NCBI GenBank assembly: GCA_965208575.1
Contig: CBDBOV010000003.1
Span: 224,001 to 288,000 of the forward strand
DNA from: Spirochaetia bacterium
GTDB lineage: Bacteria; Spirochaetota; Spirochaetia; SZUA-6; Bin103
Length of the DNA stretch: 64,000 nt
Direction of reading: 5' to 3'
Shown: in pieces, positions 1 through 9,886 of the stretch
Numbering within the stretch: position 1 is the stretch's first letter
How the letters are laid out: each line of letters begins with the position of its first letter
The notes under the pieces: generated by a model
The model's database searches: none
What the model was told of the DNA's origin: nothing
What the model saw: only the letters and a program-made list of their open reading frames with translations
Program-made: the position numbers and the translations under genes

Positions 1-1739
1 TAGGTGGAATGGCCCGACACGTAGCCGGCGAACGGCGGGGTGACGAATGACGGCCGCTGGTAGGGCCACCAATTCTCGGCCAGGATCCAGCCCACTCCTG
101 CCACGTCCGATTCGGGCCGCTCGATGAACGCCGGTCCGCGCCAGGCATACAGCTTCACCTTGCCGACGTGCTCCCCCTGCTCGCCGGCCAGCGCATCGCC
201 CGCTTCGACCAGTTCCACGTAGCCGTCCACCAGTGGGATCCCGCGCGGGTCGTAGCGTGGCAGGGCCTGGTCCGAGCTCTGGCCGCGCTCCGCCATGCCG
301 CGGATGGCGGAAATGGGACGAATGTAGTCATACCATCCCTTGAGGCCCCAGGCGGCGATGGCGGCATCGTGCACGGCGCCGCCCAGTGCGAAGTAGGCCT
401 TCACGTCCCACTCCAGGCCGTCGAGCTCCGGGCCCCGGCCCCGGAAGCGCCGCTCCAGGGCGGGGTGATCGTTGACGTAGTTCAGGATGGTGAACCAGTG
501 GCCGGGCGGCGTCTCCGAATCGGGGCCGTCGGCCCAGAACTCGGCCAGCACGCGGGCATAATCGGCCCGCGGAACCCACTGCGGCGCGTACGGAAGGCCG
601 GTGCGCGGATTCACCTCGTGCCCCCTCCCGGGGTCGCCGCCTGCCAAAAGATCGAAGAAGGCAGGATATGCCTCGACACTGCGCGGCAGCCCGGGCAGGT
701 TGCCGATCGCCGCCGGGGAGATGTCCCACAGCACGCCGTCCGCCGGATCGAGGTGGGAAGACCAGATCGAGACCAGCACGAAGCCCCATTGGTAGGCGGC
801 GGACTGCCGGTAGCGTCCGCCGGGATCCAGGGAGGGCGGGGCGCCGGGGTCGTGGTACACCCGGTAGCGGTAGCCGTCCCGTTCATGGATGGTGAGATCG
901 TCCTCGGCGAGCGCGAACGGGGTGACCTCGCCCCACTCGGGGCTGATGAACGGCGGGGTGGCGCCGGGGAACTCGTTGCCCGCCTGGTCGATGTATACCT
1001 CCAGGGTGAGCGGCTGCCAGCGGTTGGGATCGACCAGCGTGGGGTTGCCCGGCTCCAGCAGGTTCAGCGGCGGGTTGACCGGTTCGTAGTAGCGGTTCGC
1101 ATAGCTGTCCCACTCGTTGGAGCCGTCCTGCAGCCCGAATTCGAGCAGGCAGCCGGCGATGTGGTTGCCCAGGGCGGCCGCGGAGCCGGTCGCGTAGTCG
1201 GTGGACGTGAACGACCGGTCGTGGCCTTGCGCGGCGAGCAGCGCATTGATGCGGGCGAGCGTCTTGCGCGCACCCGGCGACACCCGGAACCGCTCCCGGA
1301 TGATGCGGTACATGGCGTAGCCGATGGCCTCTTCGCGCGCCTCTCGCACGTCGTCCGGCGCGTTCATGCCGCCGAAGGGACAGGCGAAGCCGCCGACCGC
1401 GGCGCCAAGCAGGTAGGGGGCCGCCGTATCGTCGAATGCCGCCCAGGCGTCGTACATGGCGATGGCGGCGTGGAACAGGTTGCGTGCATGCACCGTGGGG
1501 CGTGCATAGTCGTTGCGGATCGCGTCCAGCAGCGCCTCGTTCCACAAGCGGGCGACCGAATGCGAGCCGTGGTCCGCGGCTGAGGACTCCTGGCTCGGCG
1601 GCGCCTCGGGCGCGAGTGCCGGCGTTGACGCGGCCCCGGCAGAGGCCTGTTGTTGCGCCTGGACGCTGACGGCTGCTGCGAGCAGTGCTGCCGCGGCGGC
1701 AGCCTGGGCGGCCCGTATCCGGTGGCCAACCGGCTGCAT
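1..1739 (-). CDS. Vanadium-dependent haloperoxidase-like (PAP2 superfamily) secreted protein, runs off window edge
   Basis: Not in ORF track (no stop in window). Manual translation gives SVARLWNEALLDAIRNDYARPTVHARNLFH and WWPYQRPSFVTPPFAGYVSGHST (vanadate-binding motif). Ala-rich signal-like N-terminus; alternative GTG start at 1784. Confidence 0.8.
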   Translation of the reverse strand, partial: MQPVGHRIRAAQAAAAAALLAAAVSVQAQQQASAGAASTPALAPEAPPSQESSAADHGSHSVARLWNEALLDAIRNDYARPTVHARNLFHAAIAMYDAWAAFDDTAAPYLLGAAVGGFACPFGGMNAPDDVREAREEAIGYAMYRIIRERFRVSPGARKTLARINALLAAQGHDRSFTSTDYATGSAAALGNHIAGCLLEFGLQDGSNEWDSYANRYYEPVNPPLNLLEPGNPTLVDPNRWQPLTLEVYIDQAGNEFPGATPPFISPEWGEVTPFALAEDDLTIHERDGYRYRVYHDPGAPPSLDPGGRYRQSAAYQWGFVLVSIWSSHLDPADGVLWDISPAAIGNLPGLPRSVEAYPAFFDLLAGGDPGRGHEVNPRTGLPYAPQWVPRADYARVLAEFWADGPDSETPPGHWFTILNYVNDHPALERRFRGRGPELDGLEWDVKAYFALGGAVHDAAIAAWGLKGWYDYIRPISAIRGMAERGQSSDQALPRYDPRGIPLVDGYVELVEAGDALAGEQGEHVGKVKLYAWRGPAFIERPESDVAGVGWILAENWWPYQRPSFVTPPFAGYVSGHST

Positions 1740-2006
1740 TCGAGCGCCGATGCAGCCCGTCCGGCGGCGATGGTCCTTGCTCACATATCGCCCCGAAACC
1801 GCCGTCCAATGGACGCCGCTTTCGGCCCATCTCCACCTACGCGCAGGAACCTGTCGTAACCCGACAACCACCTGTGCCCCGACGTGCCCGTTGGTCGTCG
1901 TGCCTTGCCGGTCGGGCGCCTCGCCGTTCTCGGTGCGGCGCCGGGTTCCACCACCGGCTGCTCGCCTGCAGCGCGCCGTCCCTGGCCCGTGTTCACCACT
2001 CGGTGC

Positions 2007-2951
2007 TCAACCCTTGATCGCTCCCGCGGTGATTCCCGAGACGTAGTATTTCTGCAGCCACAGGAAGAGCATCACGATGGGCGCGGTGGTGAACACGATG
2101 CCGGCCGCCAGCAGCCCGTACGTGTACTGGAACACCCCGGCGTAGCTGGTCATGATTCCGTACGGAACGGTAATCGTGCTGTTGTCGGTGGCGAGCAGCA
2201 GCACGTACAACATGTGATTCCAGGATGCCAGGAAGCAGAAGATCGACACCGCGGCGATGCCCGGCCCGATCAACGGCACCACGATGCTCCAGATTACCCG
2301 GAAGCTGGTGGCGCCTTCGATGAACGCCGCGTCCTCCAGGTCGCGGTCCACGGTATCGCAGAATCCCTTCATCATCCAGATCGAAAATGGCAGCACCAGG
2401 CCCATTTCGGCGAGGATCAGACCGAGGTGGGTGTTCACCAGGCCAAGCGTCCGATACACCATGTAGATCGGCACGATAATCGCGATGTACGGGAACATCT
2501 GCGTGTTCAGAATGGAGATCAGCAACACCTTCTTGCCGGGAAACTCGAATCGCGAAAAGCTGTAGCCCGCCAGTATCGCGAACACGCCGGCCAGCAGGGT
2601 GACCGAGCCGGTGATGATGATGCCGTTCCTGATGTAGCTTGCCAGCGTCTTGAACGGCAGTGTCTGGGTGCGGTCGGTGTCCAGGTTGATGCCGAATATC
2701 ATCAGGTAGTTGTCCAGCGTCCAGGTGACCGGCAGCAGCGTCGGATGCTTGCCCAACGTCTCCGGATTGGGCCGCAGCGACAGCGATACGTACCAGAACA
2801 CCGGGAACATCGCGACCACGATCAGCACCAGCAGGATCAACGCCCTGACGATCGGCGCGAGCACATTGGTGGACTGCACCGGCCCCGCGTGCCGCGGCCG
2901 CAGCCTGGCCAACAGGCCCTGCCGCGGCAGAACCGATTCGCTGTCCGTCAC
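2007..2951 (-). CDS. Carbohydrate ABC transporter permease (MalG-like)
   Basis: EAA loop LEDAAFIEGATSFR, TM helices; GTG start overlaps upstream gene stop. Confidence 0.88.
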   Translation of the reverse strand: MTDSESVLPRQGLLARLRPRHAGPVQSTNVLAPIVRALILLVLIVVAMFPVFWYVSLSLRPNPETLGKHPTLLPVTWTLDNYLMIFGINLDTDRTQTLPFKTLASYIRNGIIITGSVTLLAGVFAILAGYSFSRFEFPGKKVLLISILNTQMFPYIAIIVPIYMVYRTLGLVNTHLGLILAEMGLVLPFSIWMMKGFCDTVDRDLEDAAFIEGATSFRVIWSIVVPLIGPGIAAVSIFCFLASWNHMLYVLLLATDNSTITVPYGIMTSYAGVFQYTYGLLAAGIVFTTAPIVMLFLWLQKYYVSGITAGAIKG

Positions 2952-3856
2952 GACATTACCTTCATCTGCCTGAGATAGGTGTACGAAGCCACCAGCAGCA
3001 GCAACAGCCATACCACCCCGAGGGCGGCGGTGTAACCCACGTCGGCCTGGTCGAAGGCCATGCGCTGGGCGAGGATCACGAACGTCTCCGACCTGCCGAG
3101 CGGCCCTCCCTTCGACACCGTGTAGATCAGGTCGAAGAAGTTGAACCCCCACACCACCGACAGCGTGGTGGAGATCACGATGACGCCCTTGAGCGACGGC
3201 AGCGTAATGCGGAGGAATCGTTGCCAGCCGTTGGCGCCGTCGATGGTAGAGGCCTCGATGATGTCCTGCGGAATGGTCTTGAGGCCGGCGAGAAACATCG
3301 CCATGAAGAACGGAAACGCGATCCACATGGTGGCGCCGATCACCGACGCTCCCACCATGTCCGGGCTCTCGAAGAACTTCAATGCTCTCGATATCAGTCC
3401 GAGGTTCATGAGCAGTTCGTTGATGATGCCGTTGCGCGACGACGCCATGGTGCGGAACATGAACGCAACCGCGACCGGCGGCAGAATCCACGGGATCAGC
3501 AGCATGCCCACGAGAAAACGGTTGGCGCGCGTCTCCCGGTTCAGCAGGACCGCCGCCACCAGGCCAATGAACGCCGCGCCGAACGTCCATATGGTGGTGA
3601 AGATGGCGGTGTTCCGGAGTGCGTTCCAGAAGTAGCGGTCGTTGAACAGCTTGACGTAGTTGTCAAATCCGATCCACGGCGTGTCGCCGAGATTGGTCAG
3701 GCGCACCTGCTGAAAGCTGCTGACGATGCCGAGCAGGAGCGGGTAGAAGATGGTGGAGAAGATCGTGATTACCGCGGGCAGAGAGATGAACAGGCCGAAC
3801 CACTTGCGGCGCTGCTCCAGGGGCAGATTGGTGAACTTGAATGCGCGGGCAACCAT
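2948..3856 (-). CDS. Carbohydrate ABC transporter permease (MalF-like)
   Basis: IEASTIDGANGWQRFLRITLP, GFDNY and GGP motifs. Confidence 0.9.
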   Translation of the reverse strand: MVARAFKFTNLPLEQRRKWFGLFISLPAVITIFSTIFYPLLLGIVSSFQQVRLTNLGDTPWIGFDNYVKLFNDRYFWNALRNTAIFTTIWTFGAAFIGLVAAVLLNRETRANRFLVGMLLIPWILPPVAVAFMFRTMASSRNGIINELLMNLGLISRALKFFESPDMVGASVIGATMWIAFPFFMAMFLAGLKTIPQDIIEASTIDGANGWQRFLRITLPSLKGVIVISTTLSVVWGFNFFDLIYTVSKGGPLGRSETFVILAQRMAFDQADVGYTAALGVVWLLLLLVASYTYLRQMKVMS

Positions 3857-3887
3857 CTTTGATCAGTGGACTTCCGATGGGTCGATG

Positions 3888-3916
3888 GTGGGAGAGGGCG
3901 GCGTGCCCTCTCCCAC
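3888..3916 (-). terminator. Intercistronic stem-loop after SBP gene
   Basis: GTGGGAGAGGGC / GCCCTCTCCCAC perfect 12-bp inverted repeat. Confidence 0.6.
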
Positions 3917-3935
3917 ACGACAAGCGTAGAACCTG

Positions 3936-5243
3936 CTAGAACAGGACCGACTGCAGACCCTTTTCGGCAGTCTTGATGATCTCGTCGATCGGCTCGTCGG
4001 TCAGCACCGATGCCTGCCAGGAGTCGATAATGAGCTTGCCCGTGGCGTGCCAGTTGGGATTGTACGGCATCACCTGCAGGTAGGGATAGGAGTTCTCCAG
4101 GAACCCGCGATGGATGTCATTGTCGTATTCGTTGGCCAGGCGCTTCTGTGCCAGCGACTGCGGCGGCACGATCGAGCCGGTCATCTTGATGTAGTTCTGT
4201 GCGGCATATTCGCTGCCGGCAAAGTACTGCACGAATGCCCACGACTCCGGCTTGACGTCGCTGCCTTCCCAGATCGCGAGCGTGTGGTCGATCACCGGGA
4301 TGACCGGATCCATGCCGGCCTCCACGACCGGGAACCGCTCCACCGAGAACACGTCGAAGATCTTGTCGCCGCCGAGCAGGTCGGGGTTGGTGTTGCGCCC
4401 GAGCGGCAGGGTGTTGCCCGAATCGGTCAGATAGGGCACCTCTTCAAAGTAGAGGGACTGGCGGCCGTCGCCGCAAGTGGCCGCGAACGCATCGATCTCG
4501 GCCATGTCGCGCATGAAGCCGTACATGGTGTGCAGCTCGGGGGAATCGAACCCGGTCTCCCCGTTCGCCACGGCGTCGGGATTCATCGGGAACACGCCGA
4601 AGTTCCAGAACGCCCACAGCACCATGCCGAGGTTGTCGCCGCACATCTGCCAGTTGTGCATGCCGTAGATGTCGTTCTCCTTCAGCTTGACGGCGTTGGC
4701 GTAGACGTCGTCCCAGGTGACCGGAACGGTGAGCCCGTTGCGCTCCAGGAGGCCGCGGTTGGTCCACCAGCCGTGCGAGTTGACCGCGTTCGGTACCGCG
4801 AACAGCTTGCCGTCCACGGTGTTGGTCTGCAGCGACGCCTGGTAGTTGTCGTCCAGGTAGTCCTGCGGCGCCAACTGGTTGAGGTCGGCCAGCGCGCCGG
4901 CGATGCCGAGCTGGTAGGGCCAGTCGGAATCGAGCATCATCACGTCGACCGAATCGCCCGCCGCGGCGCGCGTCATCAGCTTGTTGCGGGTCTCGGCCCA
5001 GCCGCTCGCCTCCATGCGGATGTCGATGGCCGGATTCAACCGCATGTACTCGTCGACCACCGACTGCACGGGGGCCTTGAAGTCGGACTCGCCCCACATC
5101 CAGGAGTCGAACCGGATCACGGTCTTGCCGTCGGCCGTCGCGTCTCCTCCCTCTTCGTCGCCGCTTGCCCACAGGGCAGTGGCGGTCAGGGCGAGTCCGC
5201 AGAGGACTGCCAGAAATGTACGGAATGTTGGGTAATGCACCAT
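3936..5243 (-). CDS. Sugar ABC transporter substrate-binding protein
   Basis: Signal peptide TATALWASGDEE, DGKLFAVP, VPVTWDD; AGGA RBS; upstream of two permeases. Confidence 0.88.
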   Translation of the reverse strand: MVHYPTFRTFLAVLCGLALTATALWASGDEEGGDATADGKTVIRFDSWMWGESDFKAPVQSVVDEYMRLNPAIDIRMEASGWAETRNKLMTRAAAGDSVDVMMLDSDWPYQLGIAGALADLNQLAPQDYLDDNYQASLQTNTVDGKLFAVPNAVNSHGWWTNRGLLERNGLTVPVTWDDVYANAVKLKENDIYGMHNWQMCGDNLGMVLWAFWNFGVFPMNPDAVANGETGFDSPELHTMYGFMRDMAEIDAFAATCGDGRQSLYFEEVPYLTDSGNTLPLGRNTNPDLLGGDKIFDVFSVERFPVVEAGMDPVIPVIDHTLAIWEGSDVKPESWAFVQYFAGSEYAAQNYIKMTGSIVPPQSLAQKRLANEYDNDIHRGFLENSYPYLQVMPYNPNWHATGKLIIDSWQASVLTDEPIDEIIKTAEKGLQSVLF

Positions 5244-5482
5244 AAGGACTCCTTTTCCTGGGCAATACGAGGATTCACCGCCTGCCCGGCGGGCACACGG
5301 TGGACTCGGCTATGAGACCATGCCGCGGGAACCGCGTCAAGCACGCAGCGCCAGGCGCCAGGGAGGCCGCGCACTGCCCGGCACACCGGACGCGGCGATT
5401 GCGTCGTTGCGTGCGGATGCCTATTATGGGGCAGCACTCAGGGGCCCGTGGAGGGGCTCGACAAGGAGAATAAGGAGCAACG

Positions 5483-6793
5483 ATGTATCGACACGTTCTA
5501 CTGATGATGGCCGCCGGTCTGCTGGCGGCGATGCCGCTGGCCGCGGCCGGTGACGACGAGGCCGCCGCGCCCGAGAGCGACGAGCCGGTCAAGCTGGTCA
5601 CCACGTTCTGGGGCGGCGCGGTCAAGGCGACGGCGTTCGAGAACTCCGCCAACGCCTACATGGAGCAGCACCCCAACGTGGTGATCGAGCTGATCAACAT
5701 CCCCGGCGGCGACTACAGCAGCAAGCTGCTGGCGATGATCGCGGGCGGCACGCCGCCGGACGTGATCAACATCAACAGCTTCCTGACGCTGGAGCTGGAC
5801 GGCATGCTGGTGGAGCTGACCGACAAGATGGACGACCTGGGCTACTTCGATCCGCAGAACGGCCTCTACCAGGGCTGGTTCACCATGCTGTCCTCGGACG
5901 GCTTCTACGACCGCGGCGAGTCGCTGTACCAGGCGCCGCTCGGTACCGGCACCACCATCCTGGCCTACAACAAGCGGCTGTTCGACGAGGCGGGCGTGGC
6001 CCACCCGACGACCGACTGGACCTGGGAGGGCGAGTTCCTGGCGGCGGCCAAGAAGCTGTCGGAGCCGGAGAACCAGTGGGGCGTCAACGGTATCAACCGT
6101 GGCCGCTTCGGCATCACCGGCGCCGTGCCGGCGGCGTTTGGCGGCACCTTCATCGACACCGAGACCATGACCTTCGCCGGCGACACGCCGGAGACGCTGG
6201 CCGCGCTGGAGTTCATGCAGGACCTGATCTACGAGCACGGCGCCCACCCGACGCCGGCGGAGCAGGAGGCGTTCGGCGGCCAGGTCGGCATGTTCGAGAA
6301 CGGCTCGGCGGCGATGTACATGCTGCACACGTTCGAGATGCCCACCATCTACGACATGCAGGATCCGTGGGACATCCAATTCCTGCCGCAGGGCCCGGCC
6401 GGAAGCTGGGCGCCGCTGTACGGCGGGCGGCTGGCGGTGATGGCGTCGAGCGAGAATCCGGAGCACGGCTGGGAGTTCGTCAACCTGATCAACGGCCCGG
6501 TGGGCCAGGGCTTCTTCAGCATCTCGAGCGGGTTCAACAACCCGCCGCTGCAGCACGTGGCCAACACCGAGGAGTTCCGCACCGGCCCCGAAGGCGCGCC
6601 GCCCAACAACTGGATCCGCGTGGACGCCCTCAAGCAGGCGGTGGTAACCGGGCCGATCGTGCCCAACATCGGGCGCGTCAACACCCTGATCGACGACCAG
6701 CTCGCACTGATTTGGCAGAACGAGGTCACGCCCGAAGAGGCGATGACGAAGATCAAGGCCGAGGTGCAGTCGCTCCTCGACGAGGGCTTCTAG
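5483..6793 (+). CDS. Sugar ABC transporter substrate-binding protein
   Basis: Signal peptide, AGGTPPDV, YNKRLFDEAGV, WTWE; AAGGAG RBS. Confidence 0.9.
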   Translation: MYRHVLLMMAAGLLAAMPLAAAGDDEAAAPESDEPVKLVTTFWGGAVKATAFENSANAYMEQHPNVVIELINIPGGDYSSKLLAMIAGGTPPDVININSFLTLELDGMLVELTDKMDDLGYFDPQNGLYQGWFTMLSSDGFYDRGESLYQAPLGTGTTILAYNKRLFDEAGVAHPTTDWTWEGEFLAAAKKLSEPENQWGVNGINRGRFGITGAVPAAFGGTFIDTETMTFAGDTPETLAALEFMQDLIYEHGAHPTPAEQEAFGGQVGMFENGSAAMYMLHTFEMPTIYDMQDPWDIQFLPQGPAGSWAPLYGGRLAVMASSENPEHGWEFVNLINGPVGQGFFSISSGFNNPPLQHVANTEEFRTGPEGAPPNNWIRVDALKQAVVTGPIVPNIGRVNTLIDDQLALIWQNEVTPEEAMTKIKAEVQSLLDEGF

Positions 6794-6830
6794 GCAGGTC
6801 GAGTCGGCGAACGCGCGGCGGACGGGCGGC

Positions 6831-7715
6831 GTGACCCCGATCAAGCGGCAGGAGATCATCTCCGCCTACGTGTTCACGGCCCCCTGGTTGATCGGTTTCC
6901 TGGTCTTCCTGGCGGGCCCGATGCTGGGCGCCTTCGTGCTGGCGCTGTACGAGTGGAACGGCATCGGCGCGATGAAGTGGCGCGGGCTGGGCAACTTCTC
7001 GCGCGCGTTCGCCGACTTCGACTTCTGGCAGTCGCTGCGCGTCACCTCCAGCTTCGTGTTCACGGCGCTGCCGGCACGGGTGGTGGTGGCGCTGGCGCTG
7101 GCGCTGCTGGTCAACCGCATCCGCACCAACCAGAACCTGTTCTCGACCGTCATCTTCATCCCGGTGGTGATCCCGGGAGTGGCGCTGGCGATCCTGTTCG
7201 CGCGCGTGCTGAACCCGGAGGTGGGGCTGCTGAACCGCTTCCTGGAGCTGTTCGGCATCATCGGGCCGGGCTGGCTGTTCTCGCCGCAGTGGGCGTTGCC
7301 GGGGCTCGGGCTGATGTTCCTGTGGCAGTCGGGCGGCGCGATGATCCTGTACATCATCGGGCTGGAGGCGATTCCGGGCGAACTGGTGGAGGCGGCGGCG
7401 ATCGACGGCGCGGGCGCCTGGCGGCGCTTCCTGCGCATCACGCTGCCGCTGCTGACGCCGATCATCCTGTTCAACCTGATCGTGGGGGTAATCGGCAACT
7501 TCCAGTACTTCGCGCCGGTGTTCGTGATGACGCAGGGCGGCCCCAACAAGGCGACGCTGTTCTTCGTGTTCAACGTCTACCGCACCGCGTTCCAGTACTT
7601 CGAGTTCGGCTACGCCTCCGCGCTCACCGTGGTGCTGTTCTTCCTGATCGCGCTGATGACCTTCGGGCTGCTGCGCAGCTCGCGCGCCTGGGTGTTCTAC
7701 CGCGGTGCGGCGTAA
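6831..7715 (+). CDS. Carbohydrate ABC transporter permease
   Basis: EAAAIDGAGAWRRFLRITLP, TQGGP. Confidence 0.9.
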   Translation: MTPIKRQEIISAYVFTAPWLIGFLVFLAGPMLGAFVLALYEWNGIGAMKWRGLGNFSRAFADFDFWQSLRVTSSFVFTALPARVVVALALALLVNRIRTNQNLFSTVIFIPVVIPGVALAILFARVLNPEVGLLNRFLELFGIIGPGWLFSPQWALPGLGLMFLWQSGGAMILYIIGLEAIPGELVEAAAIDGAGAWRRFLRITLPLLTPIILFNLIVGVIGNFQYFAPVFVMTQGGPNKATLFFVFNVYRTAFQYFEFGYASALTVVLFFLIALMTFGLLRSSRAWVFYRGAA

Positions 7716-7766
7716 GCGCGGCAGCGGACCGGCGGGCGGCGGCGTGCTGCCGATAGGGCGGGGCTG

Positions 7767-8630
7767 ATGCCCGCGACGCTGTCGGGGGCGCGCTCGCGCC
7801 ACGCGGTGGGCCAGGTCGGCACCTACCTGGTGGTGGTGGCCATCGTGCTCGCGGTGCTGATTCCGCTGTTCTGGATGGTCTCGGCCAGCCTCAAGACACA
7901 GAACGAGGTGTACGACTTCAAGTGGCTGCCGCAGGTGCCGCAGTGGCACAACTACGTGGTGGGGCTCACCACCTTCGAGTTCGGGCGCTATTTCCTGAAC
8001 ACCATCCTGGTCACCGGCATCAACGTGGTCGCCGGCGGCATCGTGGCGTCGTGGACGGCGTTCGCGCTGGCGCGGCTGGAGTTCCCCGGCCGCAACCTTA
8101 TCTTCGCGCTCGTGCTCGGCACCATGATGCTGCCGTTCGCGGCCTACATGATCCCGAGCTTCGTGCTGTTCCGCTGGCTCGGCTGGATCGACACCTACAC
8201 CGTGCTCACGGTGCCGTTCTTTCTCGCCGTGCCCGGCTTCTTCGTGTTCCTGATCCGCCAGTACTACATGACCATCCCGCGCGAGTTCGACGACTCGGCC
8301 AAGATGGACGGCTGCAACTTCTTCAAGATCTACTGGTACCTGCTGCTGCCGCTGTCGCGCCCGGCGCTCACCACCGTCGGCATCTACATCTTCCTGGCCA
8401 ACTGGGAGGACCTGATCCGCCCGGTGCTGTTCATCAACAGCAAGGAGATGCGCACCGTGAGCGTCGGCCTCGCGCTGCTCAGCGAGTCCACCGAGCAGGC
8501 CCCGGAGCACCACCTGATGATGGCGGTGTCGGTGATCTTCATCATTGTCCCGATCGTGATCTTCCTGATGTTCCAGCGCTACTTCCGCCAAATGGGCGAA
8601 GGCGGCCTCGACACCGTATCGATCAAGTGA
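7767..8630 (+). CDS. Carbohydrate ABC transporter permease
   Basis: IPREFDDSAKMDGC EAA loop, TM helices. Confidence 0.9.
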   Translation: MPATLSGARSRHAVGQVGTYLVVVAIVLAVLIPLFWMVSASLKTQNEVYDFKWLPQVPQWHNYVVGLTTFEFGRYFLNTILVTGINVVAGGIVASWTAFALARLEFPGRNLIFALVLGTMMLPFAAYMIPSFVLFRWLGWIDTYTVLTVPFFLAVPGFFVFLIRQYYMTIPREFDDSAKMDGCNFFKIYWYLLLPLSRPALTTVGIYIFLANWEDLIRPVLFINSKEMRTVSVGLALLSESTEQAPEHHLMMAVSVIFIIVPIVIFLMFQRYFRQMGEGGLDTVSIK

Positions 8631-9666
8631 CCGGAGCACGTCCCCGTGTGCGCGCTACGGCGCCGGCGCCGACTGGATCGACGCCGATCCGGTAGCGGGG
8701 CTGCAACGGCCGCTGCGGCTCGAGCGGGAGGCCGCGCCGCGATCCTCGGTTCGTGCCCGCGGCAGCAGGGGTATCTTGGACGGGGAGGGCGCGGATCGGG
8801 ATGGTGCGTATGCCGGCGGGTGGCGTGCGGCGGCGGCCGGCGAGGGCGAGGAGCCGGGCCACGCGCTCGCCGGTCGGGGGGTGGCTGTCGGTGAGCCGTG
8901 CCCGCGCGGGGGCGGCGGGATAGCCGAACATCAGCTCCCACCAGGTGCGGCGGCGCTGCTCCAGGGAGACGAGGGCGGATGCCAGGCCGCGCGGGTCTCC
9001 GCTCAGGGCGCCGGCAGCGCGGTCGGCGTTGAATTCGCGCGAGCGGGCCAGGGCCATCTGCAGCAGGCCGCTCAGGGTGGGCGCCGCCAGCATCAGCAGC
9101 ACGACAGGCAGCGGCACGCTGACCACGCCGCCGGCGAGGGCGGGCAGGGTAAACAGCAGTCCGAGGCCGCCGGCCAGGGCCAGGGCGCCGGTGAAGCGGC
9201 GCATGATGCCGGCCAGGCTGGCCAGCCAGATGTCGTTGGCCTGGATGTGGGCGACTTCGTGCGCCAGCACGCCGCGCACTTCGCGCCGGCCCAGGGACCG
9301 CACCAGCGCGTCGGTCACCGCGACGGCGGCATCGTCGCGCGTGCCCATGGTCATGGCGTTGGGCTGCGGCGCACGCAGCAGGAACAGGGCCGGGGTGCGC
9401 AGGCCGGCGCGCGCGGCCAGTTCGGCGACCTGCCCGTACAGCCACGGCGCCCGGTACGCATCGAGCGGAATGGCGCCGAGGCGCAGCATGTTGGTGGCGG
9501 CCGACCCGCGCGGGAGTGCGCCGATCAGCAGCGCCGCGCCGATGCCGAGCGCGATCAACAGCCCGGCGGCGCCGAACAGGGAGTAGCCGACCAGGATCAG
9601 CAGCGTCGCCATCGCCAGCAGGTAGACGCCGGCGGCGAGCGGAGCGGAGATGGTAGCAGGTCTCAT
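8623..9666 (-). CDS. htpX: M48 zinc metalloprotease, HtpX family
   Basis: PNAM, GVLAHEVAH (HExxH), SREFNAD, SHPPTGER. Confidence 0.82.
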   Translation of the reverse strand: MRPATISAPLAAGVYLLAMATLLILVGYSLFGAAGLLIALGIGAALLIGALPRGSAATNMLRLGAIPLDAYRAPWLYGQVAELAARAGLRTPALFLLRAPQPNAMTMGTRDDAAVAVTDALVRSLGRREVRGVLAHEVAHIQANDIWLASLAGIMRRFTGALALAGGLGLLFTLPALAGGVVSVPLPVVLLMLAAPTLSGLLQMALARSREFNADRAAGALSGDPRGLASALVSLEQRRRTWWELMFGYPAAPARARLTDSHPPTGERVARLLALAGRRRTPPAGIRTIPIRALPVQDTPAAAGTNRGSRRGLPLEPQRPLQPRYRIGVDPVGAGAVARTRGRAPVT

Positions 9667-9886
9667 GGTTGCATTCTCCTGCGGACCACGATGCAAACTC
9701 CGTGCCACCAGGGATCAGCGACAGGCATGAGTGATTCCCGGCCTCGCAGCGGCTTCGTTTCGGGGCTGCTGCCGGCGATTCGCGTCCGCCGACGCGCCGC
9801 TGGGAAGAAATGATCCAACATGGTGCGAAGGCGCGGTGCGGGTGGTTCAGCTTGACCGGCAGGCGGCACGTGACGCTCATTGCTTC

